Origin: Octopus sinensis
Lineage: Eukaryota
DNA: 64,000 nt
Reading direction: 5' to 3'
NCBI RefSeq assembly: GCF_006345805.1
Contig: NC_043007.1
Location: 2,046,001-2,110,000 of the forward strand
In this document: positions 39,623 to 53,920 of the stretch, in pieces
How the letters are laid out: the number at the start of each line of letters is the position of its first letter
How positions within the stretch are numbered: the first letter of the stretch is position 1
Notes under the pieces: generated by a model
The model's input: only the letters and a program-made list of their open reading frames with translations
Databases searched by the model: none
What the model was told of the DNA's origin: nothing
Program-made: the position numbers and the translations under genes

Positions 39623-39876
39623 GTGGTGAGGATGATTTTGATGATAGTGATGATGGCGATGAGGAAGAAGAGGAAAATGATGATCGTGGTGGTGATGATG
39701 ATGATGATACTTTTATTCTTTGTGGTTGTGGATTATGATGATGAGAATGATAATTCATTTGAAAGAAGAGAAATGAAAGAAATGTAATAATAATAGTAAC
39801 AATAATAATAATGATAATGATGATAATAATGATAACAATTCCTAGTAGGAATAAGACCGAATCTGAGCTAAACCAA

Positions 39877-39944
<68 letters not shown>

Positions 39945-39990
39945 TACTGGCAACCACAACAACAATGATAATGATGATATCATCATTATC
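39340..39990. repeat. (GAT)n and (AAT)n trinucleotide repeats with a higher-order unit
   Basis: gatgaggaagRagaggaaaatgatgatcgtgg occurs three times. Confidence 0.9.
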
Positions 39991-40429
39991 GTTGTTATGT
40001 TAAAAATAAAAAAGGGAAAACAAAAAGTAAAAACAAAACAAGTGATTGTTTGTCGTTGTGAATATTTTGTGTTATGTCCTGACTTTGAGGTGGACATTAT
40101 GTGTAAACAGCGGAGTCGTAATGATGGAGCCGAGTCGTGGAACGTGTCTCACCACACATTAAACCCCGAGAGATATATGCATGCGGGTAATCTTGGCTCA
40201 GAAAAACTTTTCTCAACACTTGGTAATGCACATTGCCTTATAATTAAGGCAGTGTGTATTAGAAACCGGCAGAGTACGGCAGAGTACGGCGGCGGCGGCG
40301 GTGGCGGTTGTTGTTGTTGTTGTTGTTGTTGTTGTCGTCGTCGTCGTCGTCGTGTGGTCTAATGTACGTGCTTCTCTCTTAGGTGAATATATATGCATGC
40401 GTGTGTATGTGTGTGTCCAGGTTACTGAT

Positions 40430-40448
40430 CTTATATATGTATGTATAT

Positions 40449-40492
<44 letters not shown>

Positions 40493-40548
40493 TACATATG
40501 TGTATGTGTATATGTGAGTACATATACATATACTCACATGTAGACATA

Positions 40549-40604
<56 letters not shown>

Positions 40605-41621
40605 CACATGCTTCTTTATATATGTGAGTATGCTTTGATATATGCATATGTATATGTATGTATATATATACATATATATATATATGTGTGTGTGTATATA
40701 TATATGTATATATATATATGTATATATATAATATATATATATATGTATGTGTGTGTGTATATATATATGTATATATATATATGTATGTATATATATATAT
40801 ATGTATACATATATATATATATATGTGTGTGTATAATATATAAGTGCCAATACAGATTTTATATATATATAAGTATATGTGGATTTACATACACACACAC
40901 ACATATATATATATGTATGTATATATGTATGCATGTATATATATATATATATATAAAAACATATATTATGCTTGTATATATGCATATACGTGTGTGTCAG
41001 TGTGATTATTTCAATTATCTCGATAAAAACTTTATTCCAGATTTTAAACATGATTTGGTGTTTGCAATTTAGGATAAACCGAAGTCAAGTCTCTGTCAAA
41101 TATTTCCTAATTTAAATAGAATATAATTTTCTTCAGCTAAATAGCCTTTCACTGTGTTCAGTTTTTTTTTTTCCTTTTTTCCTTTCTCACCCCCCCCCTT
41201 TGCTTACATACTTTTTTCCACACGTAGTGTACACTCACATCTACGTATGCCCCTATATGAGTAGGCATAGAGGAGGTGGTGGGAATTTTAGGTGTTTCTG
41301 TGTATATAGATATTTTATAAGTGTTTTGTTTTTGCTTTTGTTTTTGTTTTCTTTTAGTCCTAATTATGAGATATAAAATATTTAGCATGAACTGCATGAT
41401 GGGAATTTTAAAATCTATTATCACCACCAGGTTCCCCCCCCCCTTTTTTTTTTCTCTCTCACCATCTTCAATAATCCTGAAGTTGTTCGAAGCTTCATAA
41501 GAGTAATGCGTGGTTATATGTGTCTGTGTGGGCAGGTGGTACATGTGTGTGTATATGTATATATTTGTGTGCACACACACATATATATATATGTAGATAT
41601 GTATGTGTATATGTATGAGTA

Positions 41622-41666
<45 letters not shown>

Positions 41667-41820
41667 TATATGTTTATGTATGTGTGTATGTGTAAATATA
41701 TATATATATTGATAGATAGATATGTATGTATGTATATATGTATAGAAATGTATGTATATATACATACATTTCTATACATATCTACATACATACATACATT
41801 ATATATACTTATAATGTACG

Positions 41821-41907
<87 letters not shown>

Positions 41908-41962
41908 GTATTTGTATATAGATATAGATATATATATAACACACATATATATAACGTATATA

Positions 41963-42033
<71 letters not shown>

Positions 42034-42100
42034 TATATATATAATGTATATATGTATATATATACATATATACAGATATATATTCATACATATATATAAT
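40430..42100. repeat. long (AT)n/(GT)n microsatellite fields
   Basis: visible low complexity. Confidence 0.9.
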
Positions 42101-43174
42101 ATTTCTTTGCTCCTGTATTTATGTGTATTTGTCTTATTGTATAATGGAAAATATCATTATACGTGTTATATATTGCATATGTGTCACTACTTCACGTACG
42201 TAAGGACAAAATTTAAAACAAGTTCTTACCGATGTAAGAAGTTTCTCTGTCACATTTTTAAAAGTTATTTATTTTAGCTTATCTTATCGTATTTCATTCG
42301 ATTATATATTTTTTTTCCTTTCTTTCTCCTCTCTTTTAAACTGATGAATAATATATCGCTGTTGATCTTTTTCACCAGACACAAATGCACACACATAAAT
42401 TCATACGTATATAAATACACGAATACGTAAGCAAATAACTAAATAGATAAATTAATATACGAAGGAAAAACCTTTTGTCATTACTTCTCTAGTTTTATAT
42501 TTATATGTGACAAAATTATTCTAAGCTTCTTTACAAACTTTGGTGACATGTTCTGTCGCTGTAATTTGCACCAAGATTTTCTTTCATTAGCGTCTAATTT
42601 TTCTGGATATTTCAATTCAATATATGATATTGTTTAGCGATTCATACATCGTTGTACACCTGATGAAGAAAGGCGGCACCACTGGGATTAATGTAAACCA
42701 AATTATAAATTGCTAAGTTCCTAATTCCTCCCATTTTCCCCCCTACTCTGCTTCCCCCACCTCTGGATTTGTGTGTGTTATTTGCATATAAATTTTTTAT
42801 AATGAGTTTTTTAGTGTTAAGGGTGGTGATAATAATAATAATAATAATAATAATAGTGGTGGTGGTGGTTGTCGTCGTCTTCTTCTTCTTCTACTGCTAC
42901 TACTACTACTACTAGCAGAATCATTAAAGCATTAGCAAAAAAATGCCTTGCAGTGTTTGTTCCAGCTCTTTACAGTCTGAGAGTTCAAATCCTGCCAAGG
43001 TTACTATTGCCTTTCATCGTTTTCAAGCTCCATAAAATATAGTACCAGTTACGTACTGGGGTCAGTAGTAACAACAAAGATTCTCTCCCTACAAAATTGA
43101 TAGCCTTGTGCTTAAATAAGAAACAGTTGTTGTTGTTGTTGTTGTTATTGTTCAGCCCCAACTCAGCCCTGCTT

Positions 43175-43600
43175 AATATAAATTCTGTTCTACTCTAGGC
43201 ACAAGGCCCGAAATTTGGGGGGAGGGGGCCAGTCGACACAAATGGTGAGCTGGCAGAAACGTTAGCACGCCGGGCAAAATGCTTAGCAGTATTTCGTCTG
43301 CCGTTACGTTGTGAGTTCAAATTCCACCGAGGTCGACTTTACCTTTCATCCTTTCAGGGTCGATTAAATAAGTACCAGTTACGCACTGGGGTCGATATAA
43401 TCGACTTAATACCTATGTCTGTCCTTGTTTGTCCCCTCTATGTTTAGCGCCTTGTGGGCAATAAAGAAATAGGTACTTAATTTATCGACCCCGAAAGGAT
43501 GAAAGGCAAAATTGACCTCGGCAGAATTTGAACTTAGAATGTAAAGACAGATGAAATACCACTAAGCATTTTGCCCGGCGTGCTAACATTTCTGCCAGCT
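43175..43600. mobile_element. SINE B (+, about 43246-43475) nested in an oppositely oriented related SINE
   Basis: plus copy ends gaaataggt inside a minus-strand host at ggtacttaatttatcg. Confidence 0.8.
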
Positions 43601-43999
43601 TGTTGCCTTCTTTTTAGTATATATTGTTTATGTAATGAAAGACTTTTCAGCCACCCATCCTATCTTTTTCCTGGGTTCAGAGAACATGATACCCATTATC
43701 TAATGACAATAAGATGTTATTTGTGGGACACTTGGTTGCTATTTCTATCAGGTCAAAGGGTTATGTGCAGGCTTCATCAGTGGATTGAGTGTTGAAAAAT
43801 GTGCCCAGTATTCTAAAATCTCAAAGAGAATTCTATGTTTAATAATTAGGCTTAGAAAAGGCACCCAACTGTAAGATCCATTATTAATATCACAAATATA
43901 TTATTAAAATGTGCAGAACCATGAAATCCTTAACATAGGACTATATCTCAATAACTGACCCTTTTTTTCAAGGCCAGAAGATATTTCAGGCCCTGCAAT

Positions 44000-44200
44000 T
44001 ATTCACTCTTTACAAAGCTTAGGTGAGGCCCACGGCAGAGGAATATCCCCACATCTGCTTTCTGGATGTTGTCTACAAAGATGCTGCTTCTACTTGCATA
44101 CACAGACATCTGAGACCACATCCAGCAAAGAACCACCTGACTGGTTGATATAAAGTGTTCCAGCCTGTAGCCCACAGATGTGCTAACTACTGCTTGGTCT
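44000..44200 (+). mobile_element. highly degenerate CR1-group LINE ORF2 remnant
   Basis: frameshifted YKA*VRPT.E / AYTDI*DHIQQR / FQPVAHR resembles YKAQVRP.MEY..LDRIQ.RA..LQPL.HRR. Confidence 0.5.
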
Positions 44201-44812
44201 CTGATCCTCAGAACTGGCTTTAGCCTCCATAACACCGCCAGTTTCAGATCTTGATGATGTGATTTTTATTTTCTTTCCTTTAATGCTATGAGGTTGGTGT
44301 CAGGCCTGATCTGGCCAGTTTGAATGCAAAACAGGTAAAATATTTTGACCAGAAACAACCAGCTTCACTAAGACTTAAACCAAACATAAAATTCTTTTGA
44401 TGCAAGAATGAAATCTGCTTTTCAAACAGACAAATAAACTCACTAAAATCCAGAATATTTCCATTTGGAAACCACATTTAGATAAGGCAGGCCACGAGGA
44501 GTTTTCAGAACAAACTTTTCAATTTTGTTTTGGAACAGTTATGTCTTCATGTTTATAGCAAACGGCTCATAACGTGCATCTGTTGACACAAAGTATGCAG
44601 GTTACACGTTTGTATATTTGATAACTGAATATGTTTTAGGGACACAAAAAATAAAAGGGTAAAATTATGAGTTACTAGACTGTATTTCATTTATATATAT
44701 ATATATGTGTGTGTCATCATCATCATCATGACACATATATATATGATGATGATGATGTGTGTGTGTGTGCGTGCATTATTACTTATGTTTTTGTTGTTCT
44801 TTTATTTTTCAG

Positions 44813-44873
44813 CCCCTCTCTTCCTACTCTGTCAATAGAAGATTTCCAAAGAGATGAAACGGTCGATTGCAAG
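44813..44873 (+). CDS. MON2: MON2 internal exon, (N)PSLPTLSIEDFQRDETVDCK
   Basis: ttttcag acceptor, AAG|gttggt donor, 61 nt, phase 2-0 joins both neighbours in frame; matches PPDNLSIQEFQRNENIDVE. Confidence 0.9.
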
Positions 44874-47179
44874 GTTGGTATTCGTATTGCTACCAAAAAG
44901 TAAAGAAAAATGCAACAAATTTTAGAAAGTGGTTTTGATATGTATTCTTTCATGTGTGAGTGAGTGTGTGTGTATATGTATGTATATATATATGTATATA
45001 TTTATATATATATATATATGTATATATTCATGTATATATATGTGTGTGTATATATGTATGTATATATGTATGTACATATGTGTATGTGTATGCATATATA
45101 TATATACATACATATATGTATGTATATATATGTATATATATATATATATGTATTTATATAAATATATTTATATATATATATTTATACACATGTATATGTA
45201 TATAGTCATGTAGATATATATATGTGAATATATATATGTATACTTGTATGTACATGTGTGTGTGTGTGTATATATATAAATATATGCATTTATATTGCAT
45301 AATTGCATATATGCGATTGGTTGATTAAGGAATTCCATTTATTTCCACCTGAGGGCTTCTGTCCTTTGTGTTCAAAGGTGTGTTCATCTGACCGACTGGT
45401 TTTAGACAAATGCGCAAGTGCAGAGTCGCTGCAGGTGAAGTCCTTGACCAAATTCTACACTATTTAACATCAAGAATACGTAGCCATTCCAAGGGTCTGC
45501 AGCAGTTGAGAATCTAACATACTTCAACCATATAAGGCGTATGATTGCAATAAAAGGAAAATGTTTATGCTTGAAATCTCATTGACAGCCACCATATGTA
45601 TGTGTGTATTTGTATGTATGTGTATGTGAGTGTATGTATATATGTGTTTGTGTATGTGTGAGTTTGAATCTGATTGATTTACTGTTCATCTTTTTAAAGT
45701 TGATAAATACAATACTAGTCCACTTCTGGACTTAACTCTCTTTCCCATGCCTGCATGGGTCGGATATACCATGACCAATATCCAAACTACAGTGGGGAAG
45801 GCTAGCCATTGGATTTGGTTAAAAAGAGACGATGAGTGATGGCTAGGAGAATATTGAGTTTTATTTGATAACCAGCTGATCTAGCAAGCGAGGCCTCATA
45901 TCAGTGAGGGGGTCCGGTGCGTGTTGATGCCGTCAAGACATAGGCCCCGAAACGGTGCGCATTCTCTTGCTGGCTTCCGATATGCGGAGTTTTTGACTGG
46001 TAGCACTTGCATGTGCAAGTTGTTTGCAAGACATCCACTTCTGGACTTAACTCTCTTTTCCCTGCCTGCATGGGTCGGACAAAATTTATTGAGGGAGATT
46101 AGATTACCTTCACCTGCTTTCTTTTCCCCTCACCAATTTCCAAGCAAGGTAAATAGTTCTGCATGGCTGGGCATATTTTCACAGGTGATTGGAAACAAAC
46201 AATACCACCTGTGTGCTGGTGTTGTTCATTGCAACTATTGAAGTTAAGACCAAGGGACTCACATACATATGTATGTATGTATATATGCATTTACATACAC
46301 ATATGTACATACATATATACATACATATACACACACACATATATGTATATACATATGTATGTATGTATATGTGTGTTTGTGTGTCTGTGTTTGTCTCCAA
46401 AACATTGGTTGACAACCGATGCTGGTGTGTTTACGTCCCTGTAATTTAGCGGTTCGGCAAAAGAGACCAATAGAATAGTACATTACTAGGCTTACAAAGA
46501 ATAAGTCCTGGGGTCGATTTGCTCGACTAAAGGTGGTGCTCCAGCATGGCTGTGCCAAATGACTGAAACAAGTAAAAGAATAAAAATTATTTGATCTTAT
46601 CTTTTATTATCTATGTTTCAGGGCAATGATGGAGGCTTTTAGAAGATAGACGAGGGCAGTAGGGAAACATTGAATATTATAATTACATTGTGCTTGAGAA
46701 ATATTGTTTTTAATTATGTAATCAATTTAATTGTTTTTCAAACATCTTGGAAAAATGAAAACATGAATGAAATTTAAATGGTGATGAAAGAAGTCTGACA
46801 AACCAATTGATCGCTCAATCGATTGATCAAATTATTAAATCAAGCGCTCGTTTAGTTAATTTGTTAATTAACTAACTACTTGAATAATAATAATAACAGT
46901 TGAAATAAAAAGATTTGAAATAAGACCAATGCATATGGGGGTTTTTGTTTGTTTTTTTGGGGGCAAAATAACCCAATCAAAGATGAGGAACATCTGTTTC
47001 AACACTTGGTTTCATATCAAGAATTTTGCAGAAATAAATACAAAACGGCAGATGAAAAGAGCCTGCAAAAAAAAAAAAAGAAAAAAACTTTTTTTTGTGT
47101 GTGTGTGTGTTCATGATTTTGTTTTAAATGGTTGTCTTTAATTTCTTTCTTTTGTTTGTTTGTTTTTTTCTTGCTTTAG

Positions 47180-47306
47180 GTTGTTCAAGTCATTAGAGAT
47201 GACGTTCTTCCGTTCGCTGGAACAATGCCCAAAGATTTTGTCATGAAGATCATGGATATTCTTAATAAAGGTTCCATCCACTCAGCTACTTCTGATTCCT
47301 TTATCG
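47180..47306 (+). CDS. MON2: MON2 internal exon, [42 protein letters not shown]
   Basis: ctttag acceptor, G|gtaag donor, 127 nt, phase 0-1; matches [35 protein letters not shown]. Confidence 0.95.
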
Positions 47307-47925
47307 GTAAGGCATTTCTAAATATACACCAAAATAAGGAAGAATTCGTTTTTTTCTCAAAATGCTTCAAGTAGAGAATATTTTTATTTTGTTTTCCTTT
47401 TTGTGTATTTTTTTTTTTTGTTGTAAATAAATTTTCATTTTGCATAAAGTGCATATGGAACTCCTCAAACACTGCAGGACTTTTATGGCATTTGGTTATT
47501 GTTTGACGGTTTTGAGATTGAATTACTTTGTAACTTAGGAAATAACATGCAAATAACCCCTCCTCCTCCTCATCATCATCTTCCACCTCCCCCTCATCAT
47601 CGACTTCCTCTTCCTTTTCTTCTTTCTCCTCCTCCACCTCATCTTCCTCATCATCATCATTTTCCTCCTCCTCCTCATCATCATCATCTTCCTCCTCCTC
47701 TTCTTCCCCCCTCTTCCTCTTCCTTCTCCTTGTAACAGTAGCGAAATGGTGAGCTTGGCAGAATTATTATTGCACCAGACAAAATGCTTAGCAGCATTTC
47801 TTCAGACTTTACATTCCGAGTTCAAATGCTGCCAGGGTTGACTTTGCCTTTCATCCTGGGGAGGGTGAGGGAGGCTGATAGAATTGCTGGCCTTGCACCA
47901 AAATTAGAAACTGTATTATTGTTGT

Positions 47926-48223
47926 AGTAAAGATTGTTTGCCAGCATAACATGGCAGTCCTGGTTTAGGACAAATGTTACTGTAATTTAGCCGCAGGAGA
48001 CATCGTCTCCCTTGTTCGAAAATATAAGGACACAGATCGTGTCATATAGCCAGCTGGAGACGATGTCTCTTGGGGCTAAATTGCAGCAACATTCGTCCTA
48101 AACCAGGACTGCCATGTTATGTTAGCAAATAATCTTTACTCCTAAGTCCTGTTGCTGGGGCTAAATTACAGCAATTCGTCCTAAACCAGGACTGCCAGGT
48201 TATGTTGGCAAACAATCTTTACT
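47926..48223. mobile_element. palindromic MITE-like element (85-bp arms) with a duplicated right arm
   Basis: 47926-48010 is an imperfect inverted repeat of 48056-48140; right arm repeated at about 48153-48223. Confidence 0.8.
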
Positions 48224-49267
48224 CTAAGCTCTACATTATTTGAAACAAAGGTAGTGCATGTCAGCACAAATTTAACAATGAGAAAGTTAAAAGATTATCA
48301 TAAATTATTATTAGATTAATGGAAGGCAGAATTAGTAGAGCACCGGATGAAGGGCCTTGTAGAATTTAATCCTGTTGCTTCATTGTCAGAATTTAAACCT
48401 TGCACATTTCTGCATCTGCCTAATTTTACTCTCGGCGTTAGGAAGGGCATCCAGTTGTAGAAACACTGCCAGATCAGACTGCAGCCTGGTGCAGCTTCCT
48501 GGCTTCCCAGACCCCGGTCAAATCATCTAACCCATGCCAGCATGGAAAACGGACGTTAAACGATGATGATGATGATGATTTGAGTTGATTTACGGCCATA
48601 GTAGAAGGTACTTGTTGAAGTTGGTGTACAGTGAGATTGAACTCAAGGCCCGGTAAATGCCGAGCAAACCGCCCACCCGTTTGACCACATTTGCAATTCG
48701 GGTTATAAGCAAAATTCCTAATTGTTCACAAAGGTCAGCCAAGTTTAAGACCTCATGAATGCCAGGCAAATTTCTGGACAATTTAACAATGTTTGCACCT
48801 CAAACAATAAGCAAATTCCAGAGAGCTCTCCCTCTCTCATTCTCACTCTCTCTCTCTTCTTCTTCTCTCTCTCTCTCTCTCCTTATCTCATCTCCCTATC
48901 CTCTCACTTTCTTCATATCACCTGCTCCAACTTTGCAATGAAGTTTACTGCTTCCATTAATAATATTAGGTGTCTTAGTTGTAGGTGTTTAAGCATCTGT
49001 CTGTGTGTCCATTGGGAAATACATATGGTATGGTTAATGTTGTTGTTGTTGTTGTTGTTGTTGCTTAGTCTTGTTTTATAGATGTTCATTGTGTGTTTGT
49101 GTTGTTTTGTAGCTTGTAGTTCTTCTCGACACCTTCCTCTATTAAACTTTGCAACTTCCATTCATTATCCAACTTTAGTTGCAAAGAAGTTAGGAATTCG
49201 CGTAACATATCTGCTACTTCTTGCTGGCGGTCAAACTCATCTACATGGAGCTGAGAAATACGATTTT

Positions 49268-49935
49268 ATCATCACCATCATCATCATTGTCTTTAACAAC
49301 CACATCATCATCATCATCATCATCACCATCATCGTCACCACCATCATCATCATCATCATCATCATCATCTTTAACAACCACATCACCATCATCACAATCA
49401 TCATCATCATCACCATCATAATCGTCTTTAACAACCGCATCACCATCATCATCATCATCACCACCATCATCACCATCATTATTGTCTTTAACAACCACAT
49501 CACCATCATCATAATCACCATCATCATCATCATCATCATAATCGTCTTTAACAACCGCATCACCATCATCATCATTGCCTTTAACAACCACATCATCACA
49601 ATCATCATCATCATCATAGCTACAAAGTCTATTACTAACCCGGACACCATTATCGAGTTCTTCCTCTTCCTACCCCTTTCTCCCTTCCCCCTCCGCTACC
49701 TCATCATTATCATCAAAACTTCAAACTATTACATCACCACCACCACCACCATCATCATCATTACTTCATCACAAACACTATCATTACAAACTACCACCAC
49801 CACCACCACCATCATCACTTCATCACAAACTACCATCACCCCACCACCACCACCACCATCATCATCACTCCATCGCAGACACTATCATTACAAACTACCA
49901 TCACCCCTGCCACAACCACCACCACCATCACCATC
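49268..49935. repeat. (CAT/CAC)n repeat with recurring ctttaacaacc(a/g)catca unit
   Basis: unit occurs six times. Confidence 0.9.
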
Positions 49936-51846
49936 ATCAAAATCAGCGTATTGATCACTTCAACCTGAACTTCTCTGTATTAGTATGATAAGGAAAGAAA
50001 TTCTTCGTCACTTGATTGATTTCCATCTTTTGTTAAAATGTTTAAATTATGGATCTCTCCAAAAGTCAATAATTATAGATTTGTATAGACAATCAATAAA
50101 CATAATAATAACATAATTAAATGTTATACAAAATAATTAAGCTACAGCAAAAATTAATCAGATGCTATATTTTTCAAGAAATAATTCATCTATTTCTTTG
50201 ACAACGAAAAGTTTACATTAAAAATTATCATTATTATTATTATCATTATTAAGTTTTTCTTTTTCTTTAAGTTTTCTTTCAGTTTTGTTTCCATTTCTTG
50301 CTGGGTGTCTTCTTGACACCTAGGGCAAAGAAATTGACTGTAAACGTTGACAGGCCATTAAAATAAACACACCAGATTGTTTATTTACGAAATCAAATGA
50401 AGTTATGTAGAAATAAAACCCTTGACCTCAAGTGGCCTGACTCTTTACATGAACACCACCCTGTACATAACTCCATGTCCCCCTACATGGCCTTGCTTTT
50501 TGCTTTTTGAGCCAAAAAATTAACTAACTAACTAACTAACTAAAAATTATTTATATGAGGGTTGGGTGAGGGTAATTATTCTCTCAACAGCAATACATTT
50601 CTCAAGAAGTGTGACATGCCAGTTAAAACAATCTTTTGCACTTTTGATCCACCCCCATCAGCAAAACTTCAAGAGACCCAACTTCATCTCCTCTTCTAAA
50701 CAACATCTTTCTCTTTCTCACATTTCCTCTTCATAAACCATCATTGTCTTCCAATCCCCTTCCTTGCCCTCACTGCCCTCAACCCAGGTTTTCGCCAATC
50801 ACTGCAATCCCCATTCTCTACTTGCGCTTCCATGGCCACAGCTGACCACGCATTTTGCAACCTTCATCTTTTTTGCTCTCTCTTACACTTTTACACTTTT
50901 CTACTCTCTCTTCCTCTCTTCCATTGCTCTTCCTTTTGGCTGGGTAGCCAGGTATCTCCTCTACAGCAGTACATCTATTTCTTATTTCTTTATTGCCCAC
51001 AAGGGGCTAAACATAGAGGGGACAAACAAGAACAGATAAAGGGATTAAGTCGATCACATCCACCCCAGTGCATAATTGGTACTTAATTTATCGACCCCGA
51101 AAGGATGAAAGGCAAAGTTGACCTCAGCGGAATTTGAACTTAGAATGTAACGGCAGACGAAACACCGCTTGGCATTTCACTTGGCATACTAACGTTTCTA
51201 CCAGCTTGCTGCCTTCATTGTCTTTCAATCCCCTTCTTTGCATCTGTTTCTGCCCTCATTCTTACTCCCTCTCTCTCCCTCCTCCCTCACTGAGTAACCA
51301 TGTACCTCTTCTATAGCAAGACACCTATTTCTCTGTCACACTCTAACCTTTCATCATCTGATACTGGATCACCTCCTCCAACGCCCTCTCTGTTATAGCA
51401 AACACCTGTTTCTGCCTCTCTGTCTCTTTGTCACCCTCTGACCTTTCATCCTCTGATATGAGTTCCTCTCTACTCATAATTACTTGTCCTGTGAGTTACT
51501 CGGTGACCCAGCCAGTGCTGGTGCCACATTAAAAGCATCAAGTCCACTCTGTAAAGTGGTTGGCATTTGGAAGGGCATCCAGTTGTGAAAATCATGCCAA
51601 TAATCACCTCACCTGTGTTAGTGCCATGTAAAAAGCACTGAGTCCACTCTGCAGAATGGTTGGTTTTAGGAAGGGCATCCAGCTGTAAAATTTTTGCCAA
51701 AACAGACAGAGCAGCACAGGGTAGTTTTTCTACCTGACCAGCTTCTGTGAACCATCCTACTCATGCATGCATGGAAGATGGACATTAAACGATGATGACA
51801 ATGATGATTTATATAATTCTAGTTTCCACATTTTGTATTTTTTCAG

Positions 51847-52048
51847 ACACCGAATCCAGTCGCAAACTCAGGGAGGAGTTCGCGAAGGCTTGCTTTGAAA
51901 CTCTGCTGCAGTTTTCTTTCATTACTCGCACTGCTAACGAAGGCTCACTAACTAAGATGGCCGTACAGTCCCTGTTGCAACGATGTCAAGAAGTCGTGAA
52001 AAACTATGTTGAAGATGAACGTCTCAGTGGAAAGTGTCCTTTACCAAG
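51847..52048 (+). CDS. MON2: MON2 internal exon, (D)[24 protein letters not shown]...[15 protein letters not shown]
   Basis: tttcag acceptor, AG|gtgagt donor, 202 nt, phase 1-2; diagnostic [15 protein letters not shown] and [13 protein letters not shown] motifs. Confidence 0.97.
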
Positions 52049-53920
52049 GTGAGTAGTAGTAGGAGGAGAAGGCCCTGAACGGACAAACCTTCGTTTAACA
52101 GCATGCCATATTTCAGCCCCAGTGTACCAAGGACTACATTATCCAATGAGAAATCCCAGTGTTTTTTTTTTTAAGATGGTGGTAGAAGTAATGTTAGTAG
52201 CATTTACATTTGTGTGTGATTGTCTTGTAAGTTACTTGGTGAGCCTAGCATCCAGTCCACACTGTGAATTAGTTGGAATTTGGAAGGGCATCCATCTGTA
52301 AAAACCATGCTAAAACTGACCTCACCTGTGCTGGTGCCATGTAGAATGTGCTCAGTTCACTCTACAGGGTGGTTGGTGTTAGGAAGGGTATCCAGCCATA
52401 AAAACCACGCCAAAACAGACACAGCAGCCTTGTGTAGTCTTCTACCTGGCCATCTCCTGCCAACCTCTCTAACCCATGCCAACATGGAAGACGGACGTTA
52501 AATGATGATGATGATGATGTGTGTATGAATGTTGATATTTCATTTGTCCCCATTTGAGTGAAGCAGTGTTAATGATGACATCACTCATTGACTTTATGAC
52601 CAGTTGTTCGGTGCTTTTGAAAATCTGTGGAGTATAACAAAGAAAAAGAAAATACTTTACTTGAAATGGGTGAGAGATGCTGACAGGTAAAGCATCCAGC
52701 CATAAAATTCTGTCTCAAGATCAATTCCCATCCAAGCCAGTATAGGAGAACAGATATTAAACAAATGATCTATCAGTACATTTTTTCCCTTCTCTTTTTT
52801 TTTTTTGGCTGTCTTAAAATATTAATTGTAAATGCCAGTTCAATTATAAACTGAAGAAGGATGTTCTTTATTTGATGACTTAAGATGTGGCTTCAACAGA
52901 CAATTCTAAAATATCAGAAAATATGATTAGCAGCATTTGAATGGTCTTCTTGTCCATAAACATCATCTAAAAAAACAATAGATAAAAGAAACCCCCAAAA
53001 AAGAATTAAATTCTTATCTTTTGTTTTTCTTATCTCTCTACCAAAGAAAAATATGTCAGCCATTTGTAATCCTTAACAAGAAAACAACACATTCATCATA
53101 AATAATAGATATTTTCTATTGACATTGTGATGTTTTATTTTTGCTTGCATGTACAAGACAAAAATTGGTTTTCTTTTCATTTCAGAATACCTTCCAAAAC
53201 TTTCCATTGAACTTATCTTAGATTTTGTAAATGTCCCTTGACAACAAAACTGTCAAGAGATTTTTCCTTATTCCTTGCATTTTTCTCTTTTCATCTTCTA
53301 ATATTGTATTTGAAGTTTATCACACTTGGTGGGATAGCTTCGGTAGATGTGAGCCGAAGAAATCTGTTTTTGATGTTGGCAGAGCTTAAATTTATGAATG
53401 TTTTACTGGTGTCGGAATTCAGATTCAGATAAAATATTCTTCGTCATCCATTAAATACTGTCGAAGTATGTATGACCCATTCCTCGAATTTACACTGCTG
53501 CAAATTCACGTGTGAATGTCCAATACTAGTTCCGACTTGAGATCAAATTACAGAATCTTATTATTGTCTGTTTTGCTTCAAAGGCGAATTTCTTAACACT
53601 TTATATACAATGCACGGCAGCTGACGATGATCACTTATGCATGTATACACCGAACTTCATAGCCATACCAATGATTGCAGACAAGATAGAAATATAAATC
53701 TTTCTCCTTGTGAAATATCCTTATGTATATCAAGCCATTCTTGAACCTGTTATTTCTGTTGTTGTTGCTATTGTTATTATTATTATTATTATTTTCATCG
53801 TCATTGTTGACATCATCATTATTATGGCTATGGACTCGAAGAATTGTTGCACCATCACTCAAAATATCTAACAATATTTCTTCCAGCTCTTTACATTCTA
53901 AGTTCAAATCCTATCAGGGT

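Noticed and set aside
39298-39738. 146-aa Asp-rich ORF resembling an acidic biomineral protein
   Set aside because: Lies in a MON2 intron, is entirely (GAT)n-derived, is open in several frames and has no signal peptide
42655-42700. CTGATGA motifs at 42660, 23289, 39204 and minus 43773
   Set aside because: No helix II followed by GAAA and an NUH triplet; not hammerheads
49082-49954. 290-aa ORF, longest in the window
   Set aside because: Poly-Ile/Thr from (CAT)n repeats
53631-53675. CTGACGA...CCGAAC possible hammerhead relic
   Set aside because: Helix II and GAAA not supported
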